From contig OY970332.1 in the NCBI GenBank assembly GCA_963717435.1, positions 768,001 to 832,000 on the forward strand: a stretch of 64,000 bases of DNA, in the 5' to 3' direction. The notes below the pieces were generated by a model. The model had not been told where the DNA came from. It saw only the letters and a program-made list of their open reading frames with translations, and searched no databases. The stretch comes from an uncultured bacterium. Its GTDB lineage: Bacteria > Babelota > Babeliae > Babelales > Babelaceae. Both the position numbers and the translations under genes were made by a program. Of this stretch, positions 9,521 to 18,864 are shown piece after piece (within the stretch, counting starts at the first letter, position 1; the number at the start of each line of letters is the position of its first letter).

Positions 9521-9857
9521 GAAGTCATCTCCAATTAAAAAGATTACTAATATAAATTAATAGTAAAATTAGACCCATTTTTAAAATATGTCAAATAATA
9601 AATCAGAGCTTGAAATTTCGTTAATAAATTTTCAAATATTTCTTATTGTAACTAGGTTAAAAAATATTTAAAGATTAAATTTGTGCGCTATTTTGCCCCT
9701 TGGTTTCTATCTGTCATGTTTTGATAAAAATTTTATATTTGAAATGTTTAAATTATTTTTTTAACTTTTTTAAACTCATGTTCAAACTATTGCTTTCCAG
9801 GATCATGCTTGATGTAAGATGTTACTAAGGGACAAAAGGGTTAAGGGGAGTTTTTCT

Positions 9858-10319
9858 ATGCGTAAGTCGTTTTTGGGGTTCACTCTTATTGAGTTGATGA
9901 TTGTTATTGCGATTATAGCTTTTCTTTCGATGATTTCAATTCCAAGCTTTTTAAAATTTCTTGCAAAAGCAAAGCGCTCAGAGGCTTATTTAAATTTAAG
10001 CTGTATTTGTACTGCGCAGAAAGCTTATTGGGCCGAGAATGGGAAATATACGAGCAACTTGTCGGGCAAAGACGGGGCAGGGTGGAAACCATCAGGTTCC
10101 CACTATTATACTTATGGTTTTTCAGGCGGGGCAGCTGGGCAATCACATTTTATTGGTTCTTTGGGTGCGAGTGGCGCGGATCTTAAGGGCTCAAATGCGT
10201 CTGATAACGGCTTTGTTGCTGTTGCTGCAGGGGATATCGACGGCGACGGTGTGCTTGATATTATCGGGATCGACCAGAACAACAAGATTACTATAATCCA
10301 GGACGATTTGGCTGATTAA
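9858..10319 (+). CDS. type IV pilin-like protein
   Basis: AGGGGAG RBS; class III signal G|FTLIELMIVIAII; AKRSEA...AQKAY. Confidence 0.9.
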   Translation: MRKSFLGFTLIELMIVIAIIAFLSMISIPSFLKFLAKAKRSEAYLNLSCICTAQKAYWAENGKYTSNLSGKDGAGWKPSGSHYYTYGFSGGAAGQSHFIGSLGASGADLKGSNASDNGFVAVAAGDIDGDGVLDIIGIDQNNKITIIQDDLAD

Positions 10320-10359
10320 GATTAGGGTTTAAAATTTTAATTTAATATGGGGTATTTTT

Positions 10360-10967
10360 ATGAAAAAAAATTTGGTTTTGTTTGCGAGTTTAGTTATTTT
10401 TAACAGCTCTTTGTTGGGTGCGGAGAAGAAATATACTGTGCAGGAAGTAAAAAGTAGTTTAGAAAAAGCTGCTAACGGCTTATTTTTGGGTAAAAAATAG
10501 CTTTATCTAATTTTGATTTGACCAATGAAGATCGTGCTTCGGCAAAAAGAAGATTCGAAGATGCGATAAATACTGATTTGGGTAATTTCATAAAAGCTTC
10601 TAAGTCTAGCGACTTGCCGCCGATCTTTAATGAAATTAGAAATTTTAATACTAATTTTATCTTTAAAATTACCGAAATATCTAAACAGCTTCAGGAGCTT
10701 CTTGGTGGATATAAAAATCTTTCTCGCAATGATACAAAAATCAAAGAATTTGAAAATTTTTATACAGAAGCTATGAATTATTTCAAGACAAAAATAAGCG
10801 AATTTTCTAAGGCACTCTCTGACGTTACGACAATTATGCCAGCAAAGAGACAGGCCAAAGAGTTGCTGTTGTATTTGGTAGATGATATTTATATAAGTGT
10901 TTATGAAAAATTAGCTACTGATATTAACTCTGCTGTTACAGTTCTAAATAGGGCCAAGAAAAGTTAA
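10360..10967 (+). pseudogene. secreted helical-domain protein split by a 1-nt frameshift (or sequencing error)
   Basis: ATG 10360 gives MKKNLVLFASLVIFNSSLLGAEKK...GKK* (stop at 10500); one extra A in the A6 run joins it to ORF 10518..10967. Confidence 0.7.
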
Positions 10968-10970
10968 CTA

Positions 10971-11091
10971 AAAAATAAGTAAGTAATTTTTAAACATCGC
11001 CAAGATTATAGCGCCGAGAGATAAAAATATGCCGAACGGGAGAGCCGTCTCTCGTTTGGCATATCCTGTTGCAATTAAAGTTAAACCCAAG
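10971..11091 (-). repeat. orphan copy of the prepilin peptidase 3' end (direct repeat, left)
   Basis: 121 bp matching 11892..12012 with 7 mismatches; encodes LGLTLIATGYAKRETALPFGIFLSLGAIILAMFKNYLLIF then TAG at 10968-10970. Confidence 0.9.
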
Positions 11092-11191
11092 GATCTAATA
11101 AAGGGTTGATTTATATAACTAAAAAACAGTAGCATGTGTATTATTATTGTGTTACGCTTTTATTTGTAAATATTTAAAATCTGAGAATTTG

Positions 11192-11584
11192 ATGAAAAAA
11201 GAATTTGTTATATACAAAGGTAAGTTTTTCACTTTGGAGTGGTATTTTAATAGCCGCGGGAAAAGTGCCGTTCTGGAATATTTTAATGAGTTGTCATTGG
11301 ATAGAAAGAAGAAATTACTTAAGTTAATTGAAACAATGGGGGACGTGGGCCAAATTTTTAATAAAGAAAAATTTAGGAATGAAGGCGATCAAATTTATGC
11401 ATTTAAACCGGTTCCAGATAGATTTTTGTGTTTTTTTGTTAAGGGCTCAAAAATAATCATTACCAATGCGTTTGAAAAAAAGACTGATAAACTTTCACCG
11501 ACAGAAAAAGATAAAGCGTTGAAATTTAGAGATGACTACTTAAATAGAGTTGATGATGGGAGTTACTATGACCAAAAAAATTAA
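11192..11584 (+). CDS. type II TA toxin, RelE/ParE (Gp49/HigB-like) family
   Basis: EKFRNEGDQIYAFKP..RFLCFF...IIITNAFEKKTDK; lies upstream of and overlaps an HTH gene. Confidence 0.85.
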   Translation: MKKEFVIYKGKFFTLEWYFNSRGKSAVLEYFNELSLDRKKKLLKLIETMGDVGQIFNKEKFRNEGDQIYAFKPVPDRFLCFFVKGSKIIITNAFEKKTDKLSPTEKDKALKFRDDYLNRVDDGSYYDQKN

Positions 11585-11903
11585 AAAAGATAAACAGCTT
11601 ACAACTTATGAGAGGGTTATGGCCTCTTTGACTCCAAAAGAAAAAAAAGAATACGAACAAGAATATAAAGAATTTTTGATTTCTGAAATGTTGTTGGCAG
11701 CAATGGAACAAGACGATATTTCTGTCAGAAAATTGGCCAAGCTTGCCGGTGTTTCACCCACAGTAGTCCAAGGCGTTCGCTCAGGCGACAGAGAAAATAT
11801 AACTGTTCAAAGCTTTGTTAAAATATTGAAAGCCCTGGATTGTTCTCTAGTGGTAGAAAAAGGGGGACAAAGATTCCCTCTAGATCTGCCCAAAAATAAG
11901 TAA
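11568..11903 (+). CDS. XRE-type HTH antitoxin
   Basis: GGGAG RBS; ISVRKLAKLAGVSPTVVQGVRSG HTH; overlaps the toxin 3' end. Confidence 0.85.
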   Translation: MTKKIKKDKQLTTYERVMASLTPKEKKEYEQEYKEFLISEMLLAAMEQDDISVRKLAKLAGVSPTVVQGVRSGDRENITVQSFVKILKALDCSLVVEKGGQRFPLDLPKNK

Positions 11904-12647
11904 ATAATTTTTAAACAAGGCAAAGATTATAGCACCGAGAGATAAAAATATGCCAAATGGGAGAGCCGTCTCTCGTTTGGCATATCCTGTTGCAATTAAA
12001 GTTAAACCCAAGACAGAGCCGGTAAGTGAGCCGATAAATATGGACATAAATAGGCCATAAAGTCCCAAGAAACTGCCGATAAGCGCCGCAAGTTCAAGAT
12101 CGCCGTCACCCATGCCCTCAATATTTCTGTAATAATAAAAAAGCTTTTTGATTATCCAGAAAACTAAATAACCAGTTAGGCTCGCCAAAACAGACTCTAG
12201 TAAGCTTATTTCTAAGTAGCCAAGATAAGCAAAAATAAAACTTACCGGTAATAAATATAAAGTTACAAATCTGGATATCAACATAGAATCTAAGTCAGAT
12301 CTGATAGTTATAAGTAGCGCCGTAAAAAAGATAAAATAACTGGGCCAGAATTGGGGTTCGACAAAAAATATTAGTAGCTCAAAAGTTATTAAACTTAAAA
12401 TCTCTATAAATGGATATATGGGAGATATTTCTTTTTTGCAGCTGCGACATTTGCCGCGCAATATAAACCAAGAAATAACTGGTATAAGATCGTAGGGCGA
12501 AATACTTTTCTTGCACTTTGGGCAAAACGATCTAGGGATCGACAGGCTCTCACCACTGATTAGCCGGTAAGATAACATGTTAATAAAAGAGCCCCAACAT
12601 AAGAATATTGGGGCCAAAATTATTGCTAGATTAGTTAAGCTACACAC
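11880..12647 (-). CDS. pilD: prepilin peptidase (A24 family)
   Basis: GSFIN, RSFCPKC...RGKCRSC zinc motifs, GMGDGDLEL and LPFG. Confidence 0.93.
   Translation of the reverse strand: MCSLTNLAIILAPIFLCWGSFINMLSYRLISGESLSIPRSFCPKCKKSISPYDLIPVISWFILRGKCRSCKKEISPIYPFIEILSLITFELLIFFVEPQFWPSYFIFFTALLITIRSDLDSMLISRFVTLYLLPVSFIFAYLGYLEISLLESVLASLTGYLVFWIIKKLFYYYRNIEGMGDGDLELAALIGSFLGLYGLFMSIFIGSLTGSVLGLTLIATGYAKRETALPFGIFLSLGAIIFALFKNYLLIFGQI
11892..12012 (-). repeat. direct repeat, right copy (current prepilin peptidase 3' end)
   Basis: Matches 10971..11091. Confidence 0.9.
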
Positions 12648-12668
12648 AGGCTTATACTTTCAGTCGCT

Positions 12669-12760
12669 ATCCCTCGATACATTTTTCTCAGCTTCGCTTT
12701 CAGCTTCCGACTTCGCCAAGGCTTCGACGGACGCGACGTCGGGCACTCGGGACGAGCGGG
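12669..12760 (-). repeat. palindromic element copy 2 with nested hairpin insert
   Basis: ATCCCTCGATAC...CACTCGGGACGAGCGGG ends; internal TCCGACTTCGCCAAGGCTTCGACGGACGCG. Confidence 0.9.
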
Positions 12761-12793
12761 TATTTAGATAAAGTTTTATTAAGAGCAAAATTA

Positions 12794-13180
12794 TTAATCT
12801 TGATCGTCATAATCTTCAGGGGTTTCCTGTTTGACCTTATCAAGAAGATTTTCGATTCTCATCTGCTTTTCAAACTGCTCATCAAACTTGAATACCAAAT
12901 CAGGCGTGTAACGTGATTTTAGCCCAGATAGCGCTTTTCTTAAAGACGGCTTGTAAAGTTTTAAAGTTTCAAGCTGCTCATGAAAAACTTCTTTGCCATC
13001 AGGGGTGTAAAAGTACACGGAACAGAAACCCTTGTCAGCCGAAAGTTCAACTCTTGTTATCGTAAAGCCCCTAAGTTTTGGGTCATCCATAGATGCCTTC
13101 ATAAACAAACTCGAGATCTCACGAAATAAGAGCTTCTCTTTTTGGGCGATTTTGATAGTTCTTGATGGTCCTGAATGCAT
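12794..13180 (-). CDS. rbfA: ribosome-binding factor A
   Basis: DPKLRGFTITRVELSADK and RYTPDLVFKFD motifs. Confidence 0.92.
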   Translation of the reverse strand: MHSGPSRTIKIAQKEKLLFREISSLFMKASMDDPKLRGFTITRVELSADKGFCSVYFYTPDGKEVFHEQLETLKLYKPSLRKALSGLKSRYTPDLVFKFDEQFEKQMRIENLLDKVKQETPEDYDDQD

Positions 13181-13181
13181 A

Positions 13182-13391
13182 TTAAGCTGCTGTCTGTGTC
13201 GACATTCTGATAAAGTTCTGTCTGACAGCTCTCATCATCTTTTTGCGACGTTTTTGTGTTGGTGGTTCATAGTAAACGACACGTTTCATATCACGAACAA
13301 CACCTTCGCGTTCATTCTTCTTTTTCATTTGTCTGATTGCGCGCTCTAGATTCTCATTAACTGAGACTATTACGTTTGCCTTTTTTTTCAT
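13182..13391 (-). CDS. rpsU: 30S ribosomal protein S21
   Basis: ENLERAIRQMKKK..REGVVRDMKR..YYEPPTQKRRKK. Confidence 0.9.
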   Translation of the reverse strand: MKKKANVIVSVNENLERAIRQMKKKNEREGVVRDMKRVVYYEPPTQKRRKKMMRAVRQNFIRMSTQTAA

Positions 13392-13463
13392 TTATAATCA
13401 CGATCCTTAAATTGATAATAGGCGAAAACTTCAAAAATATACTCAATTAAGTCTACTCTTTTT

Positions 13464-14909
13464 TTAGAAAGTCGCAACAAAACTTCCCATTAAAGTGGTT
13501 GTTTTATAAGCATTTCTTCTTCCAAGGGGCGCCTGCCAAACAAAACCAAGCTTTATATTCGGCGATACGTCATAGTATAAGCTTGAATTTGCCTGCTGAG
13601 ATTCCCATTTGGTCAAAAATTCAGCCCGCTTTATTAAGAACATATTATTCTGGGCCGGATTTTTGAGGCAAATTGTGTCTTGTGAATGGCTAATAAAGCA
13701 ATATTGAACAAAGAAAGATAACCTGTCTATAAAGTGATAAGCCGCCATCTGTGCTGAAAATCTCCAGTTTATTCCCGGGTGCAATTTGACTTCTGTGTAA
13801 AGTGGGAAGATTCCGCTTTGGAAGCAGTCGTTGGGTAGTCTATAATTACAGAAATCTAAAGGGAAGAACTTGGTTACGCTGGCCTCCATACCAATATTAA
13901 CTGATTCCAAAAAGTGCACGTTCCAACCCGCTGTCATGCCCGCACTGGTGTGTCCATTATTTCCCGGTGATATTTCAAACTGATTTCTATAGTTATGTTT
14001 TTTATGGGCAGGTATCCCAACTTCAGCCGTTACAAATGGCATCACAATAACTTCAGGGTAAGTCGGTCTGTCCTGATTTATATAAAATAATCTTCTCCAA
14101 TACCCGGTAAGTCTTATATCTTCGACGCCCGTTGCATGATAGTCATCGATATTAAGATTTATGGTATTCGCAACAACGCACAACTGCTTCATGATGTCAT
14201 TAATAACTAACGCTTTGCAATTGACATCAAAGCTTTCTACGCAGAATATCGTATTGTTGCAGCAATCTGAAGTTGCGCAGTTTCCTGTTCCTGGGGTTTC
14301 GCTGTTTCCTACGCAAGAAGTGCCCGACGCGCTACATGTAAGATCAACAAAGCTAGCTGTCTGTTTTATGTCAACGATACCAAAGTCCAGTTTTAAACCA
14401 AAGTCGCATGGAAGTTGAAAAGCTGCCTGGAACCTGACACCATATTTTTTATAGTTTACAGGAACCATAAAGAAGCCAAACTGTTCGTTGCTGTCCACGC
14501 ATGTCGGGGTTGTAATAAAATTTACACAAGAAGAATCGGCAGGAAGTTGAAGATTATTTATTAAATTTTGCGCAGTTGTAGGATCATAAAACAGCCCCAA
14601 TATGTTCCATCTTCCTTGAAGATCGCCAAGTGTGCTGGTTCGACCTTTTACGTCTGTTCCGTATTTTGCCTTTTGTCCAAAAACGTTCACGGCAAACTGC
14701 ATATGTTCCATGTAGCTTGGAACCTCGATTCTCATCGCGCGTGCCCGGTCCCATTCTGTTAGGTAATCTTGCGGATCGATACAAGTATATAGTGGATAGG
14801 GGTCGTTATTGGTTAAGTTACTGTATCCCCAAGCATCAAACTGCAACAACAATAACAATATTTGAAAAAATATTGGGAAAATCTTTTTTAAATATCCCGG
14901 GAAGTTCAT
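13464..14909 (-). CDS. Cys-rich putative outer-membrane beta-barrel protein
   Basis: Signal peptide; amphipathic beta pattern; C-terminal F; GNNGH motif shared with 43428..45263. Confidence 0.65.
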   Translation of the reverse strand: MNFPGYLKKIFPIFFQILLLLLQFDAWGYSNLTNNDPYPLYTCIDPQDYLTEWDRARAMRIEVPSYMEHMQFAVNVFGQKAKYGTDVKGRTSTLGDLQGRWNILGLFYDPTTAQNLINNLQLPADSSCVNFITTPTCVDSNEQFGFFMVPVNYKKYGVRFQAAFQLPCDFGLKLDFGIVDIKQTASFVDLTCSASGTSCVGNSETPGTGNCATSDCCNNTIFCVESFDVNCKALVINDIMKQLCVVANTINLNIDDYHATGVEDIRLTGYWRRLFYINQDRPTYPEVIVMPFVTAEVGIPAHKKHNYRNQFEISPGNNGHTSAGMTAGWNVHFLESVNIGMEASVTKFFPLDFCNYRLPNDCFQSGIFPLYTEVKLHPGINWRFSAQMAAYHFIDRLSFFVQYCFISHSQDTICLKNPAQNNMFLIKRAEFLTKWESQQANSSLYYDVSPNIKLGFVWQAPLGRRNAYKTTTLMGSFVATF

Positions 14910-15002
14910 TACTATCCTTTCAAGAATTTCAACAATTTAATTAGTAAAATGTCATGCTTCAAATTTGTACCTCTAATGTGTACAGACATCTTACATTAAC
15001 AG

Positions 15003-16196
15003 TCAAGCTAGCAAATAGTTTTTTATTTGCCAAATTATACCCCAAAATGCATAAACGAAAATTACAAGTCCTGTTAAAATGCCCGATATTGCTGTATAAA
15101 CATAAAATCTATCTTGGTTTTTATGTTTGATAATTATAGTCAACATAGAACTTATATATGGCAAAACTATAAACACTGCGGTAAGTTCAAAAAAAAGTAC
15201 TGTACTTTTTAGCAAGATAGAATTAATGGCCGTTATGATGCCTACCAAAATTACTAAATTTTTATTTTGTAGTATCGCAAATCTTGTTTTTTTAATTAAC
15301 GCGGTTAGTAACATACTTGATGACCAGATGAGTGAGTGCAGCGTCCCAAGCATTGCAGTAAGTACTGAAAAATTTACGACTTTTGAGATCCACCAATACT
15401 GCGGTAAATTCTCCGCAAGAATTTGTGATAAAGTACTGCTTTCGTTTTGAAATTTATAAGCAGGAATTGCAAGCATAATAGAAGTTGTAAAAATTAAATA
15501 AATTATTCCAACAATCGCTATCGAATACGCAAGAGCGTTATAAACATTTTTTCCGGGATTTTTTACAATATTAAAAAGTGATGTCGCGCATTCAAAGCCA
15601 AAAAAACTAAATATCACAGTTTTTGTTGATGCGAAAATATTTGAGTATCCAAATGGAAAAAACGGAAACAGATTCGATAATTTTGCGTGCAACAAACAAA
15701 CAAGTGACGTCAACAAAATAGGCGTTACTGTGCATGCGACAAGAATTATCTGTCCAAGTTGTGAGATCGCTATTCCAAATACATTTAATATTGTAAGTAA
15801 TATTATAATAATCAAACTTAATAGTGGCGCCGGCGTATGAATTATATTTTCTCCTAAATATAAACCTGCCAATTTTGCTATTAATCCCATTCCTAGTGTA
15901 AGACCGATTATATAACTCATGGCTGCCGCGACGCCCAGATAGTGACCGCCCCACTGCTTTGTATAAGTATAAAAAGAGCCCTCTTCTGGATACAATTGCG
16001 CCACACGTGCAATAGAAACCGCCATTAGCCATACCGCAACAACAACAAAAAGATAGGTCAAAACTCCAGCGGGTCCGGCTGACTGCGAAAGGGCTAGCGG
16101 GACGCAAAATATTCCGCCGCCTATCATGGCATTTATTCCAACTATAGTGGCCGTTTTTACACCTATAGATCTTTCTGGTATTCTATTAGAGTTCAT
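15003..16196 (-). CDS. APC family amino acid permease
   Basis: GINAMIGGGIF, GSFYTY and FSFFGFE motifs; about 11-12 TM segments. Confidence 0.92.
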   Translation of the reverse strand: MNSNRIPERSIGVKTATIVGINAMIGGGIFCVPLALSQSAGPAGVLTYLFVVVAVWLMAVSIARVAQLYPEEGSFYTYTKQWGGHYLGVAAAMSYIIGLTLGMGLIAKLAGLYLGENIIHTPAPLLSLIIIILLTILNVFGIAISQLGQIILVACTVTPILLTSLVCLLHAKLSNLFPFFPFGYSNIFASTKTVIFSFFGFECATSLFNIVKNPGKNVYNALAYSIAIVGIIYLIFTTSIMLAIPAYKFQNESSTLSQILAENLPQYWWISKVVNFSVLTAMLGTLHSLIWSSSMLLTALIKKTRFAILQNKNLVILVGIITAINSILLKSTVLFFELTAVFIVLPYISSMLTIIIKHKNQDRFYVYTAISGILTGLVIFVYAFWGIIWQIKNYLLA

Positions 16197-16248
16197 TTTT
16201 TGCCCTTATTTTTGTTGTTTTAGCAGACTTTTAACTTTCCAAGATTTT

Positions 16249-16500
16249 ATGATTTATTGTTTATATTATCAAGCCCATGTTAATAAACCGCAAACATGGT
16301 TTTTTGTTGCGATTTTAAGAAGTTACGAACATATCTGTTTTGATCGCACTTTGGACAAATCTCAAAGTGTGTTTGAATTTTATGTACCCAAAGATTTTGA
16401 ACAAGAATTTTTGTCCCTAATGGATATATTTCTAAAAACCGGCGTGATTTCTAATCTGATTAAATCTGAAAATAGAGTTTTGCTTGGGCAAGATTTATAA
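16249..16500 (+). CDS. small conserved hypothetical protein (DUF4911-like)
   Basis: FFVAILRSYEHICFDRTLDK..FEFYVP pattern; ATG 16249 avoids overlap with the permease. Confidence 0.6.
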   Translation: MIYCLYYQAHVNKPQTWFFVAILRSYEHICFDRTLDKSQSVFEFYVPKDFEQEFLSLMDIFLKTGVISNLIKSENRVLLGQDL

Positions 16501-16722
16501 AATTATTAATGAATTTGTTTAAAATTTTATTATTTTTAATAAATATAGCTATATTTGTGCTTTTTATAATGGATTATTGCCTGTATCGCAAAAGTAGTTT
16601 TTTAATTTTTGCCATTATTACTATTTTTATTACTGTTTCTTGAATTTATATCCCTCAAAAAGCTAAAATACCCAATATAAAAATTATTAACTTATTAAAC
16701 TCAACTTATTAATGGGGAAATA

Positions 16723-17055
16723 ATGCGCCGAGCAATTAAAAATTTTTATTTGATTTTAAGTTTGGTCAGTTTTACAAATATTTCTGGTCTGTTTGTCCAA
16801 GATTGTGATCAAATAACCAGCTTTACGGAAATTTGTTCTATTATTGGGCAGCTAGAAAGTCAGGATAAGAACCCGGAACAAACAGATATTCAACCCACTG
16901 GGCAAGAACGGGCCAAAAACATTAATAATATTACATATCAGCCCGAAATCGGGCTAAAAAAGCCAGAAACCGTACCTCAAGGACCATTTTGGTACAAAGT
17001 TGCCTATATTATTGCCAAGCTTAAAGCTATTTCAACTTATGTGGTCTTATTTTAG
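16723..17055 (+). CDS. hypothetical exported protein
   Basis: GGGGA RBS; signal-peptide-like N-terminus. Confidence 0.6.
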   Translation: MRRAIKNFYLILSLVSFTNISGLFVQDCDQITSFTEICSIIGQLESQDKNPEQTDIQPTGQERAKNINNITYQPEIGLKKPETVPQGPFWYKVAYIIAKLKAISTYVVLF

Positions 17056-17197
17056 ACCCAAAAATCCCGCCATTTTAATTCTATATGAATTTTGCAGCTT
17101 CTCTTGTTTTTCTATCAGTAAATTTAATAAGCTTAAATTAGGTATGCTGTTAGTACTATTGGGTGTACAAAAAGCTATTAATTATTTAGGGGGCGTT

Positions 17198-17404
17198 ATG
17201 TCAGTTATGAAAAGAAGTTTTATATTTTGTTCTGTTGTACTTGCAATAACTTTTTCATGCTTGTGTATTGAAAGTGGACAAAGTAAAGAAATAGAAAAAA
17301 AATCTACAGCCAAAAAAAGCAAAAAATCACCAGAGGCTGGGGCGCCAATACGCGTTCTGCCAAAGTATGTTTTTTCTGGACCCAAAGATGATAAAAATGC
17401 TTAA
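17198..17404 (+). CDS. small hypothetical exported protein
   Basis: AGGGGG RBS before ATG 17198; hydrophobic segment then a basic tail. Confidence 0.5.
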   Translation: MSVMKRSFIFCSVVLAITFSCLCIESGQSKEIEKKSTAKKSKKSPEAGAPIRVLPKYVFSGPKDDKNA

Positions 17405-17428
17405 TTAATTTTAATTACGGAGTTAGTA

Positions 17429-17971
17429 ATGAAAAAGATATTTTTGATTTTAAGTTTGATAGGCTGCAATTATCTTTTATTTGCGGATCCAATAAATATG
17501 CCTGGTGATGGGGGAGGTTCTGTGACCGAGATTAAAAAATTGCGAAGTGATCTGGCGCAAAATATTGAGAGCCAAAAAGATACTTTAATTAAAGACTTTG
17601 AAGAAGCCAGACAATTGGCAGCTAAATCAAAAAATAAAGACTTAGAAAAAATTTTGATTGCTATCGGAGAAGAAGTTAACTCAATAAAAATTTTGATTAA
17701 TTTAACCAAGTCTAAGGATTTTGTTAAAGCGACAAAATTGAGATCTCAAATTCAGCTGAAAAACTTATCTATCAGACAAGAAATTGCAGATTTCAAATTT
17801 GATAGAAAAAATAAAAATCTACAAGAAAAATTACAAGGGTTGGTTGGATATCCGCCTAGGGAAGAAAAAAAATTGTTTGGATCTACAGCTGAGATTGCCG
17901 GTAATACTGGTTCGATTTATGACTTACTTAAGATAATCGGTGATTACATAAAAGAATTACAATACAAGTAA
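17429..17971 (+). CDS. secreted helical hypothetical protein
   Basis: GGAG RBS; signal MKKIFLILSLIGCNYLLFAD. Confidence 0.8.
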   Translation: MKKIFLILSLIGCNYLLFADPINMPGDGGGSVTEIKKLRSDLAQNIESQKDTLIKDFEEARQLAAKSKNKDLEKILIAIGEEVNSIKILINLTKSKDFVKATKLRSQIQLKNLSIRQEIADFKFDRKNKNLQEKLQGLVGYPPREEKKLFGSTAEIAGNTGSIYDLLKIIGDYIKELQYK

Positions 17972-18031
17972 AACTTTAAAATAAATATTGGGTATGTGAG
18001 AAAAAGTAATATTTCAGAGTATGGAGATGTA

Positions 18032-18634
18032 ATGAAAAAGATATTTTTAGTTTTGGGTTTGCTAGGTTGCAGCAATATTTTGTTTGCAGACAAAGAGTCA
18101 GCTCAAGATTTGATAGATTATTTAGAACCTATTTCACAAGTAGTTTTTTTGGGTAATAAAGTTGATCTCTCCGAAGGAATCAAGGAAAGCCGATGGGATT
18201 CTTGGAACCACGCTTTAGATCGCGTACGAAATTTTATTTTAGCTTCAGGACAAAAAGATTTAGAAATTTTTGTTAAAAAATCTGGAGAAACTGGCTTTAA
18301 AGAAAATTTATCGATATATGGCTTATCAAATAAGCTTAATGAGAATATTAAAAAACTTGTGAAGCTAAAAAACTCTAATAAGATTGAAGCTTTAAAGCAA
18401 GAAGCACAAAAATTCAATTTTCAAATGTCCCAAGATATTCTAGCGGCCCGCAACGCACTTCATAATATAAAAGTATCAATGCCGCAAAAAGAAAAAGAAG
18501 TTCTGGAATATTTCTTTGGTTATTTTGCAGACCCTGAAAAAGGTAGACCGGTAAACAAACAGGGACTTTTTTACGATATTCTTGAGAAAAAATTGACCAG
18601 AAATTTTTTGAAGGGCATAAGTCTTGCGGTTTAA
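18032..18634 (+). CDS. secreted helical-domain family protein
   Basis: GGAG RBS; signal MKKIFLVLGLLGCSNILFAD; W...V..F..SGxKDL motif. Confidence 0.8.
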   Translation: MKKIFLVLGLLGCSNILFADKESAQDLIDYLEPISQVVFLGNKVDLSEGIKESRWDSWNHALDRVRNFILASGQKDLEIFVKKSGETGFKENLSIYGLSNKLNENIKKLVKLKNSNKIEALKQEAQKFNFQMSQDILAARNALHNIKVSMPQKEKEVLEYFFGYFADPEKGRPVNKQGLFYDILEKKLTRNFLKGISLAV

Positions 18635-18735
18635 AGGTAAAAAATAGATAGTTATTTTAATAAGTATAACGACTGTGTAAAAATATGTTGTTTACCCGGC
18701 GGCTCTTATTTTGGGCCAATTTGAGATTGTAAATT

Positions 18736-18770
18736 TACAGGGCGCGTGTCGTGATGATACGCGCCCTGTA
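18736..18770 (+). repeat. array hairpin copy 1 (terminator-like), followed by a conserved promoter-like block
   Basis: TACAGGGCGCGTGTC-GTGAT-GATACGCGCCCTGTA. Confidence 0.8.
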
Positions 18771-18864
18771 TTCTTTAAAAATTAAATTATTGACTAATAT
18801 CTAGTTATTGTGGAAAACTCATTTTTGGATTAAAAAAATATATTAAAAAAAGAAGGAGATTGTG

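Noticed and set aside
10225-10262. DIDGDGVLD Ca-binding-like motif in the pilin
   Set aside because: Similar C-terminal DxDGD motifs occur in other type IV pilins; not distinctive.
10971-12012. IS element or prophage remnant
   Set aside because: No transposase, integrase or terminal inverted repeats; reported instead as a TA cassette with a duplicated gene end.
12577-12771. 64-aa + strand ORF (SLDTFFS...TRDER)
   Set aside because: Antisense reading of palindromic element copy 2; similar text appears in shadow ORF 4065..4370.
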